Under the pieces are notes generated by a model. The model did not search any database, had not been told where the DNA came from, and saw only the letters and a program-made list of their open reading frames with translations. Both the position numbers and the translations under genes were made by a program. A stretch of DNA of 62,884 nucleotides, counting the filler, from Choristocarpus tenellus KU-1152 (Eukaryota; Protista; Phaeophyceae): the NCBI GenBank assembly GCA_964200185.2. It is 10 parts of 10 records of this genome, joined end to end, with 100 filler letters (N's around TTAATTAATTAA, not from the genome) between each part and the next. Parts side by side here need not be neighbours in the genome. Positions count along the whole stretch, not along the records: positions 1 to 3,208 come from CAXNAD020021534.1; positions 3,309 to 8,871 come from CAXNAD020010411.1; positions 8,972 to 12,075 come from CAXNAD020022295.1; positions 12,176 to 15,530 come from CAXNAD020020585.1; 6 more parts are not named here. The stretch is one strand, 5' to 3'. Positions 1-12,505 of the stretch are shown piece after piece; position 1 is the first letter of the stretch; each line of letters opens with the position of its first letter.

Positions 1-59
1 CCCCCCAGTTACTTTCAGCCTCAAAATCCAACCAAAAATAAACAACTAAATATGGTGTA

Positions 60-600
60 ATTAAGCAAAGCCCCTGCATGCCTTCAAAAAAATCCTCTGC
101 TAGAGGCTCGGTCAGTACTTCTGTATGCTGCTCGTCTGAGTTAACATGAATGACTTCTATTTGCTCATTTGTGACCAAGTCCTTTAGGAAGTCGTGTCAC
201 ATACCTATGTACTTGGTCCTGTGGAACTCAAAGGATTGCTAGCCAAGTGAATGAACCCTGTGTTGTCCTCACACACCACATAACAAGATACAGAAACATC
301 AGGTCGGACAAATTCCAACTCATCGCTCAAAAACGACAACTCCTTCACACAGTCCCCCTTGGGTATGTACTCACTCTGTAATGGACTGTGCAATGATACA
401 CTGGGTCTTAGAAAGTCAGGCTACTGCTCCTTTCTCGTAGGTCAAGCCCAACTCCCGCATTTCTTTAAGGTATTTGAGGATCTGGGTCACAGTTCTTCAG
501 TTGGTATGACTTAGATCATATGAATGACGGGCTAAAGCTCTCACTGCATTGCCACACATATGGTCGGGTCATGTTACTTATTAAAACCTGAATCGAATGC
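60..600 (-). mobile_element. Degenerate Ty1/Copia RT C-terminus and RNase H fragment
   Basis: Minus-strand translation across frameshifts and stops: ISNMTRP..ANAVRALARHS..RELGLTYEKG; SKTQCIIAQSITE; EY..GDCVKELSFL..VCEDNTGFIHLASNPLSS; DFLKDLVTNEQIEVIHVNSDEQHTEVLTEPL. These match Copia RT/RNase H motifs. Confidence 0.8.
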
Positions 601-1219
601 ATCATACTTCTAAGTAAAATGCGTAGTCTGCACTGCAAAGGGAAGTCATAGTGCTGCAAAGCACCGATGTGTTTGTTCTGTTGTAGTTGAGGTTATTAAT
701 CGCTCAGTGAAGAATCATGTGATGTGAATTCAGTGTTCTTTCTTGAGATACTCAACGAAAGAAGTCCATGCTCTGTGGAGAGGCTTGTTACCTTGGAGGA
801 CAAGGGTTTCCGTGGATGGTTTAACTCTGATTATACATCCGGGCATGCATCAGGTACAGTTATTACAGAGTGAGCTTGTTGCATTATGAGGGGGTAATGA
901 CAACCAAGAAAGATATAATAATCAACAAACAACATTGGAGTCTTCTCCTGTTAAAAAGAAGACGGAAGATGACAGGCAAAAACAAAAAAGTACCAGAAGA
1001 ACACACTTGAATCAATATCTGAAGTAACTCGGATGACGCATGCCGTCCCTGGGTGTGTGATATATATATATATTGATTGGTGTCATACTTCTATGTACTG
1101 GATATTGATGTGGTGCTGAGTTGGGAACGCAAACAGAAAATGGACACTAAAGACCAGTGCAGTGGACCAATCAATGGTCAGTGCGAGCTGGTGGTTTGTA
1201 TCATACCAACAAGAAACAA

Positions 1220-1775
1220 ACGGGTAGCCTACGTTTTAACATTACTGAACCACATTAACCCCCCAACTGCCTCTCGAAAAGGGTAATGATCTGAGAGGGT
1301 ATCTCTTTCCCTACTTCGCAGCTTTCTAGAAGAGGCAGCAGGGATGGGACTTGTTGATTGGGCGGAAAAACGTTCACACAAACTGTTAATGTAGTTTAGT
1401 CTGGGTATTATAGAGGGTACCACGCTTCCAATCTCTCGTGTAAGTGCAACCAGAAACTTTGACAACAAGCCAAGTTTCTTGGTGGGGAATTCTTCACTCA
1501 GGGAGGCACAAAGAGCATTGCAATCATTACCAGACGCCAAACCATAATGTCATCCACATGAACTGCAAGCATTTTCTTGACAACACCATCCTTCCTGAGT
1601 CTAAATATTCATGGGTCAATCAGACACTGCTCAATAGCATTACGCTTAAGGGTGGGAGTCAGCTTAGTACTCCAAGTCCTAGAGGATTGCTTTAAACCAT
1701 AAAGTGACCTGTGAAGGCGTACGGTCATATAGGAGAGATCTTCACTTCCCTGTTGGAGGCGCATGTACTATGTTT
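1220..1775 (-). mobile_element. Degenerate Ty1/Copia reverse transcriptase core
   Basis: RSLYGLKQSSRTW...EQCLIDP*IFRL...MLAVHVDDIMV...LSEEFPTKKLG...YPFREAVGGLMWFSN. Carries the LYGLKQ and (Y/H)VDD signatures; contains stops and frameshifts. Confidence 0.85.
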
Positions 1776-3208
1776 TGTGTTGTTTTTCTCTTCTCTGGAA
1801 ATATTGATTTATTTTTCTGAATTCAACTTGCCAATTCTGTCAGTATTTATTACAGCGCGCCCCTCAGAACTCACCTTCACAGGATGTACAACTCAAATCC
1901 AACGACCTTAAAACGACGCTATGGGGGCATTACCCTTTGCAACAGTTTGTAGGGTGTCAGATGTCCTTCTCTTCTTGATATTCCACAGAGTGCTTAGCTC
2001 AAAGCTCAACTCAAAGTTTCGTTCAAGGTAAAAGATAAAGACTGGTCATAAGTGGGGTGATGGATTAACCAAAAGCCCTCTTATTATTTTCATCATCCAC
2101 CCAATTTCTTTGGTCTTCTATCAACTGCTCTATAGGTACTCCAATCATAAACCTTTATGTTGCATCTTCTTGGTGATTTTGACATTTTCTTCTGTAATGT
2201 TACGTAGGTATTCCGAATCTTACTCTGCATCTTCTACGAAATCATCATTTATTCTGTAAGGCTACCTATGTGTTACTAATATCGTAAAAAGTTCGTACTT
2301 GTTTGAACGCGAGAAACAACCCTCACACCATACGTCTGTCACAAATGTTCATATTTCCTAAGACATGAGGAGAAAATGCTCGCGCTTTTCGCCTGTAACA
2401 CAGCTGCAGTAGTGGCTACACCATTGCTGGTGGATGAGGGATAGGTGGGAGAGCCTGCTTCGACTTCTGCAAACACAACACCCAGAAGGAAGTCATTGTC
2501 CTGGTAGAGAGCCAAGCCAGGGTCCACAATTGCTGAAGCATTGAACGTCACCTCTGTGTGGGAGTTCCAGTATACTTTTAATGGACTACTATCTTCCATA
2601 GTGCAAAGGATGACCATTTGTTACAACACGCTCCAAAGCTTACCTCCGCAGGATGTATGGTGTCTGTTCCCAAGCCTATAGATAGCGCTGTTGCCTGCAC
2701 AGGACTCCTGAGATACTCCGACAGTCAAAAGATCCAACAAGGATGGTAAACACCAGGTCAGGAGATAAAGGCGCACTCTTCAACAATGGGAATGTTCCGA
2801 CATGAATCAAGAGTGACAGCGTATGTATTGTCAATCATTGATTCAATTCGAGTTTTCAGGCGCCGTAATACATCTGAAAACCGTTTTATTCTAAGTACCA
2901 GGTCTTACTTTGCAACTTCTAGCAAGTAGGGCATCCCCTTTTGAGGGTTTCACACGCGCGCTTACTGCTTGCACTGGTAAAAGCACGAGAAGAAATACTT
3001 ACACTATTCGCCTGTAACAAAGTCCCTTGCAGAGTTGGACTACACATTTAACCACCAGTGTGTGTCGGTGTACCTGTGCTCCCGCCCTTGGACAGGTATG
3101 AGCATGACAGGAGTCAACATCGTGCCTCCTGCACATGTTACAGGCGCCCCTCAATGCTCACCTTCCAGGATGTACAACTCAAATCCAACGACCTCAAAAC
3201 GACGCTAC

Positions 3209-3308
3209 NNNNNNNNNNNNNNNNNNNNNNNNNNNNNNNNNNNNNNNNNNNNTTAATTAATTAANNNNNNNNNNNNNNNNNNNNNNNNNNNNNNNNNNNN
3301 NNNNNNNN
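3209..3308. other. Artificial contig linker N44-TTAATTAATTAA-N44 (also 8872-8971, 12076-12175, 15531-15630, 23447-23546, 39065-39164, 43227-43326, 52049-52148, 57243-57342)
   Basis: Nine identical 100-nt spacers whose core places stop codons in all six frames. Confidence 0.97.
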
Positions 3309-3349
3309 TTATGTTTGTTTGTGCATGAAAAGAAGTATAAGAAAAAAAG

Positions 3350-3362
3350 AAGGGGCGGGGGT

Positions 3363-3404
<42 letters not shown>

Positions 3405-3562
3405 GGCGGCTGTCCATTTGAGGTCAATTTTTTCATGTCGCGATTATTGGGTGCATTTGGCTGCATACGTCGGATGGATAATGTAAATGCACTTTTCCTG
3501 ATTTTGGTCCAAAGAGGACACCTGGTATAGACTCCCCTTCCCCCCCCCAGATACTTTGGGTC
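3350..3562. mobile_element. MITE family B (~180 bp, G/C-tract subterminal); left end eroded into poly-G
   Basis: Shared body (ggctgtccatttg...gcacttttcctgattttggtccaaa...tagact-C tract-cagatactttgggtc) also at 8755-8871, 12176-12220, 38972-39064, 39165-39205, 54398-54583, 56295-56472 and 57383-57556; isolated ends at 1-21, 15505-15530, 15690-15710 and 62864-62884. Confidence 0.85.
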
Positions 3563-3817
3563 ATGATCACACTTTTTGTACAGGAACTACCCTCTTGGAT
3601 AATTTTCACTAATTGTAATAGCCCATAATTTTCATTATATGAAGGTAAGTAGAATGTTCTGTTTTGTAAAGTGAAAACTTCAGCCCTTGAGGGTTGTGAA
3701 AAATCTACTATCTGCGACTTCCTACATACCAAGTATACAATGTAACAAAATCATGAAGTCAGAAACTTTCCCATGCTTGATCCTAGATATCATCCATCCA
3801 CTCATATCTTGCCACAG

Positions 3818-6800
3818 GAATAACCAAGGTATGAGTCCTCTGTTGGTCGCTGTGTTGGAAGAGAAACCCAGCTGTGTGGAAGTTCTTCTTCAGTCAGGTG
3901 CAACTGAGATGGGGATTGAGATTGTACTGATGAAGAGAACATTTCGTTGGGCCACAGAACAAAGTGGCTTACCCCTGTGTACAGGGTCAAATGGACTTAC
4001 AACAATGTGTTTTTGTGCTAAAGGAGAGTTGTACAGTCTTTTTCCCTGGCCACTCTCTGACTTCTTTGTTCAACAATATCATTACTGTCTTGAGGCCTAA
4101 CAGTTTGGGGTGTAAAATGCCTTGATACATCCTATCTCCATGTCCCTTCAACTCTTTGTTATCTAATATGAATTTGTAATGGTCAAACAGGAGCAAATCC
4201 TAACGAGATTGGACCAAATGGGGCAAGTGCCCTTCATCTTGCGGCCAGAAATATCAAAACAGAGGTAAGTTTAGCATTAACTTCACCTTCCCTGTTTTTT
4301 TCTATGAATGTCTACTTTCATATATGTACATGCAGACATCTGCTCACTCGTGCAATTCTCTTCCTGCTATTTTTGCTCAAAGTGAAAATATACCGTTTCA
4401 ACACTTTCCCCACCATTTCAAAGCACTCAACTGTCGAGAAGTACTTTTGTTTTTTTGCAGCATTGCTTTTATACGAGTCAAACTATCTTAGGGTTAGGGT
4501 AGAGCCGCGTCCATGTGGGGGCTAAAATTCAATGTTGAAACGTTGATGTAATTTTGGCTATCATGTTTGTTAGGAAATGTCAATATCCTTGTTCCGGACA
4601 CACCTTTTCATAACTTACACATTTTACATACTCTGAAACATTTGGAGTAGGTAAAATGCCATTAAAAACCCATGGGAAGCCAAGCCCAAACGGACAAACA
4701 GGGAAAAACTCATACCCTAACCCTAAGATACCTTCACTCATACCATGCAGACCAGGAATTCGCCATGCCAACACAATACTGTGCTGTTACAACAACAATG
4801 GTACGTGGAAATGCACTCTTTAGGTTATGTCTCATCTTCTTGACTTCGGTGCAGCTGTGGACACCCTGGATGAGGATCAAGTATCACCTCTTATGTGCGC
4901 TGTTAATAACAACAATGGGGAGGTGGCGGGTCTTCTCTGTGACAGGGGAGCAAATGTTAGTCACATTTTAGCTTTAGCTTGAGTGGTAGAATACATGAGC
5001 TTGTGGCAAGAGATAGTTAAAGAGATAAGGATATTGAAATTTGTTGGCTATATAACCTTAATAGATACCTCCTGAAATTCCTGAGCAGTACAACATGATA
5101 GAATTATAAATATTAGGATGTCTGTGCAAATATTTTATATTGTTCCCACTTTCATGTTTGTCCTTGTTATTTTTGGAGAAATTGGAAGTGTAACTCTACA
5201 GTTGTCTCACAATAAATTGTTCAATCCACCCTGAATTATATTATTCCGATATATAATTACATCATATTTTAGGACGTCTTGTATGCTTTAGTGTGGGACA
5301 ACTGTAGTGTCAACCTTCTGATTTCTCCAGACACAACAAGAACATATTAGAAAATGGAACACTAAAATATCTGCGCAGACACATTAGAAGCACTATAACC
5401 TGGTTGCTATTAATGTTATTGTTTTCTCATTATGAAAGTGACTTGACTTACCACTTCGTTGGTACTACCACCTGATTCTTGTTCCACCATTCCATTCCAA
5501 CTCCCTTTTTTGTGGTTCACCCCTTTTTTTCTTCAACAAGATCCTGTCTTACATTCCCTGACCCTGCAACATCCTCCCCTTGGCTTGTATCTCCTCCATG
5601 GCGTGCAGATAGACGCTGAGGACTCCACAGGGAGGACAGCCCTCCACGTGGCAGCCCAGAACGGTCAGACGGAAGCTTTGAAGGAGCTACTATGCCGATC
5701 TGTCGATGTAAATGCTTTGGACACATTTGGATGTACTCCATTGCACAACTCTGCCTATTCAGACAAGGTGAGGTAGGGGAATTTATATGACAGAAATTTG
5801 TGTTAGTAGTGGCTAGAGGATATGGTCAGTTGCTAGCCTGTGTCTGGGGTACTAGGTACTGATAGTGTACTGAAGATAGTGTGAGCGTGTTGTAGCGATT
5901 GACAATGTCTTTCTATCTATCTTCGGTCCTTGAGCACGTGGCACACTACACAAGCATGATATATCTTCTCTTTCTCGTCATACAGGATTCATGAGGATGT
6001 CCTGTTGATGCTCACTTAAAACAAAAAAAATGGACAACGATTTTGTTGCATTGTGGAAATAAGAAAAAAACACATCCATACTGTGTTGGTGAAGGTTGGA
6101 GAATGTCAGTGCTTCTAGACAACAAACACTCTAGCCCTCCTATTGGGCACTTCAGAAGAGAGGTTAAAACAGACGAAAACAGACGATGGCATGCCGGTAT
6201 TCATGAAATACAATATCCTGTGGTGGGTACACTATTGCTAATAAGTACGGAGTAGTACTTACTTGAAAATATACCATTGATTCTGCCTTGAAAAATGCTC
6301 GAGTAGCAATAATAAAGGCCAATAGTCATGGATTAACTAAATTATCTCGTGCATTTGAATTCTACCTTGTGCCATGCAGTTCAAAAGCGTGGAAGTCTTG
6401 CTCCAAAGTGGAGCCAACCCAAACATTCAGGACCTCCAGGGAGACTTAGCGGCACACATCTCGTCTCGATTTGGCAACCTTGAGGTAGGGAAGTCATCCA
6501 GGCATTCGGTATTGTTCAGGCTTTTTCTGGTGGCTCTAAATCAGACCTACTAAGTATAATATGTGAAAAAGTGATTATTCACCAATCTTCAAATTTTGTT
6601 TCTCCCTCACACGTCCCTCACACGTCCCTTGTAGCACTTCGATCAAATCATAACCAAGTCCCCAACTAATTTTCCCCTCTCATCGATCATTCCAACAGAT
6701 CATCAAGATCCTGGTTGAGTATGGTGCCGACATAGGTAGGCGGAACTGGGCAGGACTGACCCCGTTTGGTGAGGCTCGTATGAACAACCATACTCAGGTA

Positions 6801-8745
6801 CTCTGCTGAATGCCATACAATTGTACTTCAGAGTATTCCTGAGTACGATGTAAAAAAGAGTTCAAGATGTGGTATTTTCCATCATGGGACACTCTATATT
6901 GCCGAATTGGAGTATATCACTCTGTCAGGGAAAGGTACTTTCTTGGCTACAGAATATATGCTGTGCTCTCAAACTTGAAACATTGGAGCCAAAGTGTGAT
7001 TCATACTAGAGGACATAGCCGTTTCAGTTGATCTGAGATCGGAGATATGACTCCTAAGCACATGTTCTTCTTTTGTTCTAAATGATGGGTTCTGGAGTAT
7101 CTTTTCTCAAAACACACTTGGGATCCGATGAGTAGAAAAGAGACTTCTCTTGTGACTCCTTTTGTACCACTTCATATCTGTACAAGGATTTAGGCATCAT
7201 GATGTGAGGCTCTTTTCTGAGGAAATTGCATCTCCAGCTCCAACCTACTTCCTATGGCTCATCAATACTCTACAGGTCGTTTCTTTTCTTTCCGAGAGCT
7301 TTGCCAGGATTGAGCCGGAGACCAACACTCCAACTGAGGAATGGGATGGGGAGATCATCAAGCAGGAGGAGCAGTGGGAGCAGGAAAGAATGAGTTAGGG
7401 GGGACTTTGTTATTAGGCACATTGTAGGAGGAAAGAGTAGATAAATGTCCCTCAGCTTGCATGTAAGTATAGTGGCAGAATAGGTATAGTCTGGATGGAT
7501 TAGGTGTGAAACAGAAGTTTGTGACCGGATCTAGGTCAGAGCCAAAGCATCTTAGAGGGTAGAGCCTAGTCTGTTTGGGAGACAAATCTAACATTGCTAT
7601 TTTGATGTAATTTTGACTATTGTGTTTGATACGAAGTGTCAATATCCTTGTTCCAGACATATTAATGTTACCTACTCCACATACACATTTTTCCTACTCC
7701 GAAACATTTTGATGTAGGAAAATTGCATAAGAAGCCCATGAGAAGTCAAGCCCCAATGGACAAACCGGGTAAAACTCGTACCCTCTACGATACCTTCACT
7801 TTCATTGTTAGTAAAGTTTGTTTCGAATATATGACAAATGTACTGATTGAGGTATTCCAAACCAGCAATCATCCAGCAAACCTACTCTGATACAATATTA
7901 AAGTCAAGACAGGGAAAGGTATTGGAAAAGGGCAATGTTTCTTATCTTCCCTCCAAGTAAATTTCAAGCTTAGTTCATCTTGATCTATTCAAGTTCTTCA
8001 ACTGTCAACATGACTTTGAGCTCCTTTGTATGTCACATACATAGTTTCAGTTCATAATTTTGAAGTGTATTCATGGGCAACATACAATGTTTCCTTAAGT
8101 GTTTGTCTTTTATTTACCTGCTGGAAGCATCTGCTTTGCATCTCCCTTGAGCATATGTACGTGGAACACCAATCTCAATTTCTGGTAGATTCTCTTTGGA
8201 GTAAGAAAAAGAAATTGTCTGATCGTGAGGGAATTACCTGGAGTGACAACTTCAAATGTTTACAAGAGTCATAAGAATCTTTGGATTTCGTTGTGTGCAT
8301 CAAATATACAAAATTGGCGAAATAAATAGGGCACAAACTTTGTTTATGAATTAGACTGGTAACATGTAACATATTTCTTGGGCAAGACTCCAATTCGAGG
8401 TACTCCTACAACGACTGATGTCAAAATACTGAGTTAATTAGATTTTGACAAGAGTTAAAATAACTGCAAGATTATATCATTGTATATTTAAGTAATATTA
8501 TGTGTAGAAATGCACTATCTACAACCACAAAACGACACTCCTTGTTGGATGCACCCTTGTGTACCCAGAACAAACTTGATGACAGCAACATTCCATGGTG
8601 ACCAAAATTGATACAACTGTGCCATTTGCTCTCCTCCCAGATCTGGGATGAGGATACCCAGGGATTTTACTTCTTCAATACAGAAACGGGCGAGAGCAGC
8701 GCCAAAGCACCATTCCAGGCCAAGGTGCTATTTTCCCCTCTCTGA
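3818..8745 (+). CDS. Ankyrin-repeat protein (at least 7 repeats) with C-terminal WW-like domain; 5' part missing
   Basis: Phase-compatible GT-AG exons 3818-3897, 4191-4264, 4824-4955, 5609-5767, 6380-6484, 6699-6797 and 7276-7383 give NQGMSPLLVAV, PNGASALHLAA, DQVSPLMCAV, STGRTALHVAA, TFGCTPLHNSA, LQGDLAAHIS and WAGLTPFGEA. Exon 8641-8745 (or a donor after 8724) gives IWDEDTQGFYFFNTETGESSAKAP. The last junction needs a GA donor; otherwise the frame stops at TAG 7396-7398. Confidence 0.88.
4475..4739. mobile_element. MITE family A (~265 bp), intronic copy with ATAC target duplication
   Basis: TIRs GAGTCAAACTATCTTAG...CTAAGATACCTTCACTC, flanked by ATAC at 4471-4474 and 4740-4743. Confidence 0.9.
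7539..7801. mobile_element. MITE family A copy (intronic)
   Basis: Colinear with 4475-4739 over its full length. Confidence 0.88.
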
Positions 8746-9620
8746 TCCAAGTCAGACCCAAAGTATCTTGGAGGGGGGGGGAGGTCTACACTAGGGTGTC
8801 CATTTCGATCCATCCGACGTATGCAACCAAATCACCCAAAAATCGCGACATGAAAAAATTGCCCCCAAATGNNNNNNNNNNNNNNNNNNNNNNNNNNNNN
8901 NNNNNNNNNNNNNNNTTAATTAATTAANNNNNNNNNNNNNNNNNNNNNNNNNNNNNNNNNNNNNNNNNNNNAGAGGAGCAAGGAGCGACGCCGGAAGGGT
9001 CCGCGATGCGTGAGGGGCCGATCACGGTGCGGGGGGAGGGGCCGGCGGGGGGGGGGGGGGAAGGGCGAACTTGACTTTCCAGCAACAGGATGGGGGACAG
9101 GATTTATACAAGGACTGAAGGGCAACAAGATTCAGAAATAGGTTAAACACTTTGGGGATGAGGCATGTGAAGGGAGGGAAACTAAGGATGCATCTATAGG
9201 TGAAGGAAAGAACTACAACAAAGATAGTCAGAGGGTCAAGGACATCTGGGGGCTGTGGGGTACTATATATTTGTACAAGGTAAAGCCTTTCAAAAACCTA
9301 TTTCAAAAAATCATAGAAATGCCTTCCGCCCACCGAGCAAAACTCTCCTGCTATAAAACCTTTTCAAGAGAAAAAGACACCTGAAGTACAAATATGTTTC
9401 AAACACTATAGGGTAGATTACCTTAAATAAAATAAAAATAAAAATATTTAATCGAATCAGAGTTAGGGCTACACGTGTGGGATCCTGACGCTGGACACTG
9501 ACTTGCCTTGTAACGCTCGAGGAAAGCCAGCATGGCCAGGTGGAAACCCACCAACTCGACTGGAATTTGCAATTGCGGCATGACGTAGTGGAGTCGAATC
9601 TTTCGGGAACATCAAAGAGT

Positions 9621-9652
<32 letters not shown>

Positions 9653-10097
9653 TTCATAAACAATACGTCAGGTGATGCAACAGAACAAAGGAAATAAGGA
9701 ATCTTGACCCTTGCACACTGAGAACAAGGACACTCCAACAAAGTCATTTTATCACCCTTATCACACACATAGCCATACTGGGGAAGGGGCACATATGATA
9801 CACTCTGGGGGACGAGCATACACAAATGAAAAAATGGTACACATGCATAAGCAGCACCAGTGGACTCAAACCACTCTTCAGCCTAAATTTCCACTCCTGC
9901 AAATCTTTGAGCAATAAAAAAAAAAAGCAAGACTGTAACCTCTATCTCCACGCCAATATTATCTGAAGTATCTGTGCTTACTTTGAACACACCAAATCAT
10001 TTCCCTGTACGGATGAATACAAGCGCACGTGCGCACACACACAAACACACACACACACACATGCATGCATTTGAGTGTAAGTACGCATTGGACCCAC

Positions 10098-10668
10098 CTC
10101 AACCGGTAGAACCCCAGGCAGGTAAGTCCCGGCCAATTGTGTAGGCAGCCAGACAAAGAGGAACATGAGCACGATGTAGATGGTCTTGGGATGTATATTG
10201 GGTAGTGTTGTGTGTTGTGAGGATCGATACACACAAGAAAGGCATGCATACATTGATTTGCACCAGAGGTTAGTTAGTTAACAGTAAAAACCAGCTAAAG
10301 GAGGTGACAGGACAAAAGATGTGGTGAAGAAGCAACAGAGCACCCATCCAGAAGGAACACTCACAAGCAGGGATCAAGGCAGTACAGTAAGGGTAATGGC
10401 TCCCCCCCATACCTCAATGGCACGAGTGTGCTGAGAGGCCACCGCAGTGTACTGGAGTTGCTATTATTATTCCCAACACCAATACGAAAAAAAGTACACA
10501 CGTACTTATGCACACAGTATATAGTGTGCTCTAAGGCAATGGGTTCCTACTAATTATCACTTCGTTGAAAATATATATATTTTGAGTACTTGGACTTTTA
10601 ACAACTCAGCCTCAAACCTGTCAACACCTACCACAACCAAGCATATGTACATAATATGTATTATGTAC

Positions 10669-10708
<40 letters not shown>

Positions 10709-11808
10709 ACCTACAAGTGCCAAGCTTTGTGCCCTCTCCCCAGGAACAAATATATATATACATGTATTAAAATAATAATAATGAAGTACGAGCCAAGTGC
10801 TGCTTGAATTGATATATCCTAGCGCACACAAAAAAAATGAAATATTACACCATCACTAGTGTACAAGTCGTAGTCTCCAACAGTTGAGTGAAGGGGATGT
10901 GACTGTTCCGTATGGTATACAGTACACAACTTACAGTATACTACAACACCATATATTTATATATATTTACCAAAGTAGTTGGTACACAAAACTGTATGAT
11001 AGGGGTAGGTGTGAGCATTGGGGGACACCAACAAAAATTTCAGAGTTGCACAACACTTCAACCTCATCATCAGGCAATACATCAACAACAAACCTGCACA
11101 TGCATGTATACATTACATGCCATAACTCAAAATTTAGAAAATGACTGCCTGATTACGTAGTGTTTCACAACAGATAACTACATCACTTACACACTGAGGT
11201 TCCAAGGTTTGAGGTTTGGTCAAGGTAAACTCTATGTTTCCACAAACTGCGGTAAATACCTATCACTATATGTAACTATCACTACAAGATCACACCAATA
11301 CCCATTACTACATACAACCGCAGCAAGACAAATAAATCCAACCAGACCACAACACATTAGTGTTGTTCTACTTTTAATAACAAAAACAACAGAGCAAGAA
11401 CAGCACCCAGACATATACGACCACCCACCTCTTCCCCCCCCCATTCAATACCCAAAGCAGCCGTGTAACAACAGCATTGTCAGTCACTGATGCGATCACA
11501 AGTACCCCCGCAGAAGACAGCAGGTACTCATGAAATAAATAACAAAAATCTCTAGATCAATGTATTATATTCCCATGTGCGCCACATACAGTTGAATATA
11601 CATACCAGAGCACAAAAAAAAATGTACTCACCAGGCTCATAGCCATACGGCGTGCATGGGTGCGTCCAGACTCCTGCAGCAGGGATCCCAGAAGATCCGG
11701 GTGTGGCTCCTGGGGACGAATGTAGAGCGACAGTATTTCTGGATGCATCACCTCGCGCAACTGGAGCACAGATACCGTCACAAACAACATGAACGTTATG
11801 CCCAAAAC
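10098..11808 (-). CDS. MARCH6: Two internal exons of a MARCH6/Doa10/SUD1-type ER membrane E3 ubiquitin ligase (partial)
   Basis: Exons 11632-11808 (VLGITFMLFVTVSVLQLREVMHPEILSLYIRPQEPHPDLLGSLLQESGRTHARRMAMSL) and 10098-10184 (TIYIVLMFLFVWLPTQLAGTYLPGVLPVE), both phase 0 with AG/GT ends. They resemble the conserved TD-region motif LR.V..P..L...R......L......HARR...S..Y......V.LP of Doa10/TEB4/SUD1. Confidence 0.75.
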
Positions 11809-12505
11809 CTGCTTGGCGTTGCGACCAGTCGAGAAGGGGCATGGGCACGTACGTGAAAAGGAAATGGGAGGGCAGGGGAGGGAGCAAGAAGGCAGTGTGT
11901 GAGTGAAACGCTCGGTGGTGGTGAGATGCACACTAGTAGTAGTGATACCTGCATGGGGTATGCATAGGTGATGCTGGAGGTGGCGGGGGGGGGGGGGGGG
12001 GCTGTTTGTCCTAGAATCTTAACATTTGGTTGTGATTGACATTTTTTTTGATGAGAATATCAAGACTGTCGGTCANNNNNNNNNNNNNNNNNNNNNNNNN
12101 NNNNNNNNNNNNNNNNNNNTTAATTAATTAANNNNNNNNNNNNNNNNNNNNNNNNNNNNNNNNNNNNNNNNNNNNCCAAATGGACAGCCGCCACCCCCAC
12201 CCCCCCAGATACTTAGGGTCACAGCCAACACAATATTTTGGAAACCCTGGAGGATGCAATACAAGAGCGAGAAGTCATCCCCACACATACACATTACTCG
12301 CACTGCAAACTTTTTATTATTATTTTATTATTCGGATGAATATTATGCTCTTTTTCATTAAACTCCTAATGAATTGATGGATACACTTCATAAATTGATA
12401 TGGGCTTAAAATGTACCTTGGACTAGTGAACCATTAATTATTTTTGAAGATTGAATAACATAAGCACAACCTTAAAGTAATACCCCCACCCATCCACCCT
12501 TCCAG

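Noticed and set aside
2200-3000. Possible endogenous viral gene (broken minus-strand ORFs)
   Set aside because: No recognisable viral motif. Its position upstream of Copia RT on the same strand suggests decayed gag/integrase, but I cannot assign it.
3253-3264. Regularly recurring TTAATTAATTAA palindrome, superficially like a biological repeat or CRISPR
   Set aside because: Always centred in identical N runs; it is an artificial six-frame-stop linker.
3257-3530. Poly-Pro/poly-Gly ORFs
   Set aside because: They arise from the G-tract of a family B MITE next to a gap.
4472-4742. Reading MITE A as a TA-flanked Tc1/mariner MITE mobilised by the mariner relics in the window
   Set aside because: Only this copy fits TA. 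Five copies fit 4-bp duplications, and the empty-site reconstruction at 51477 supports 4 bp.
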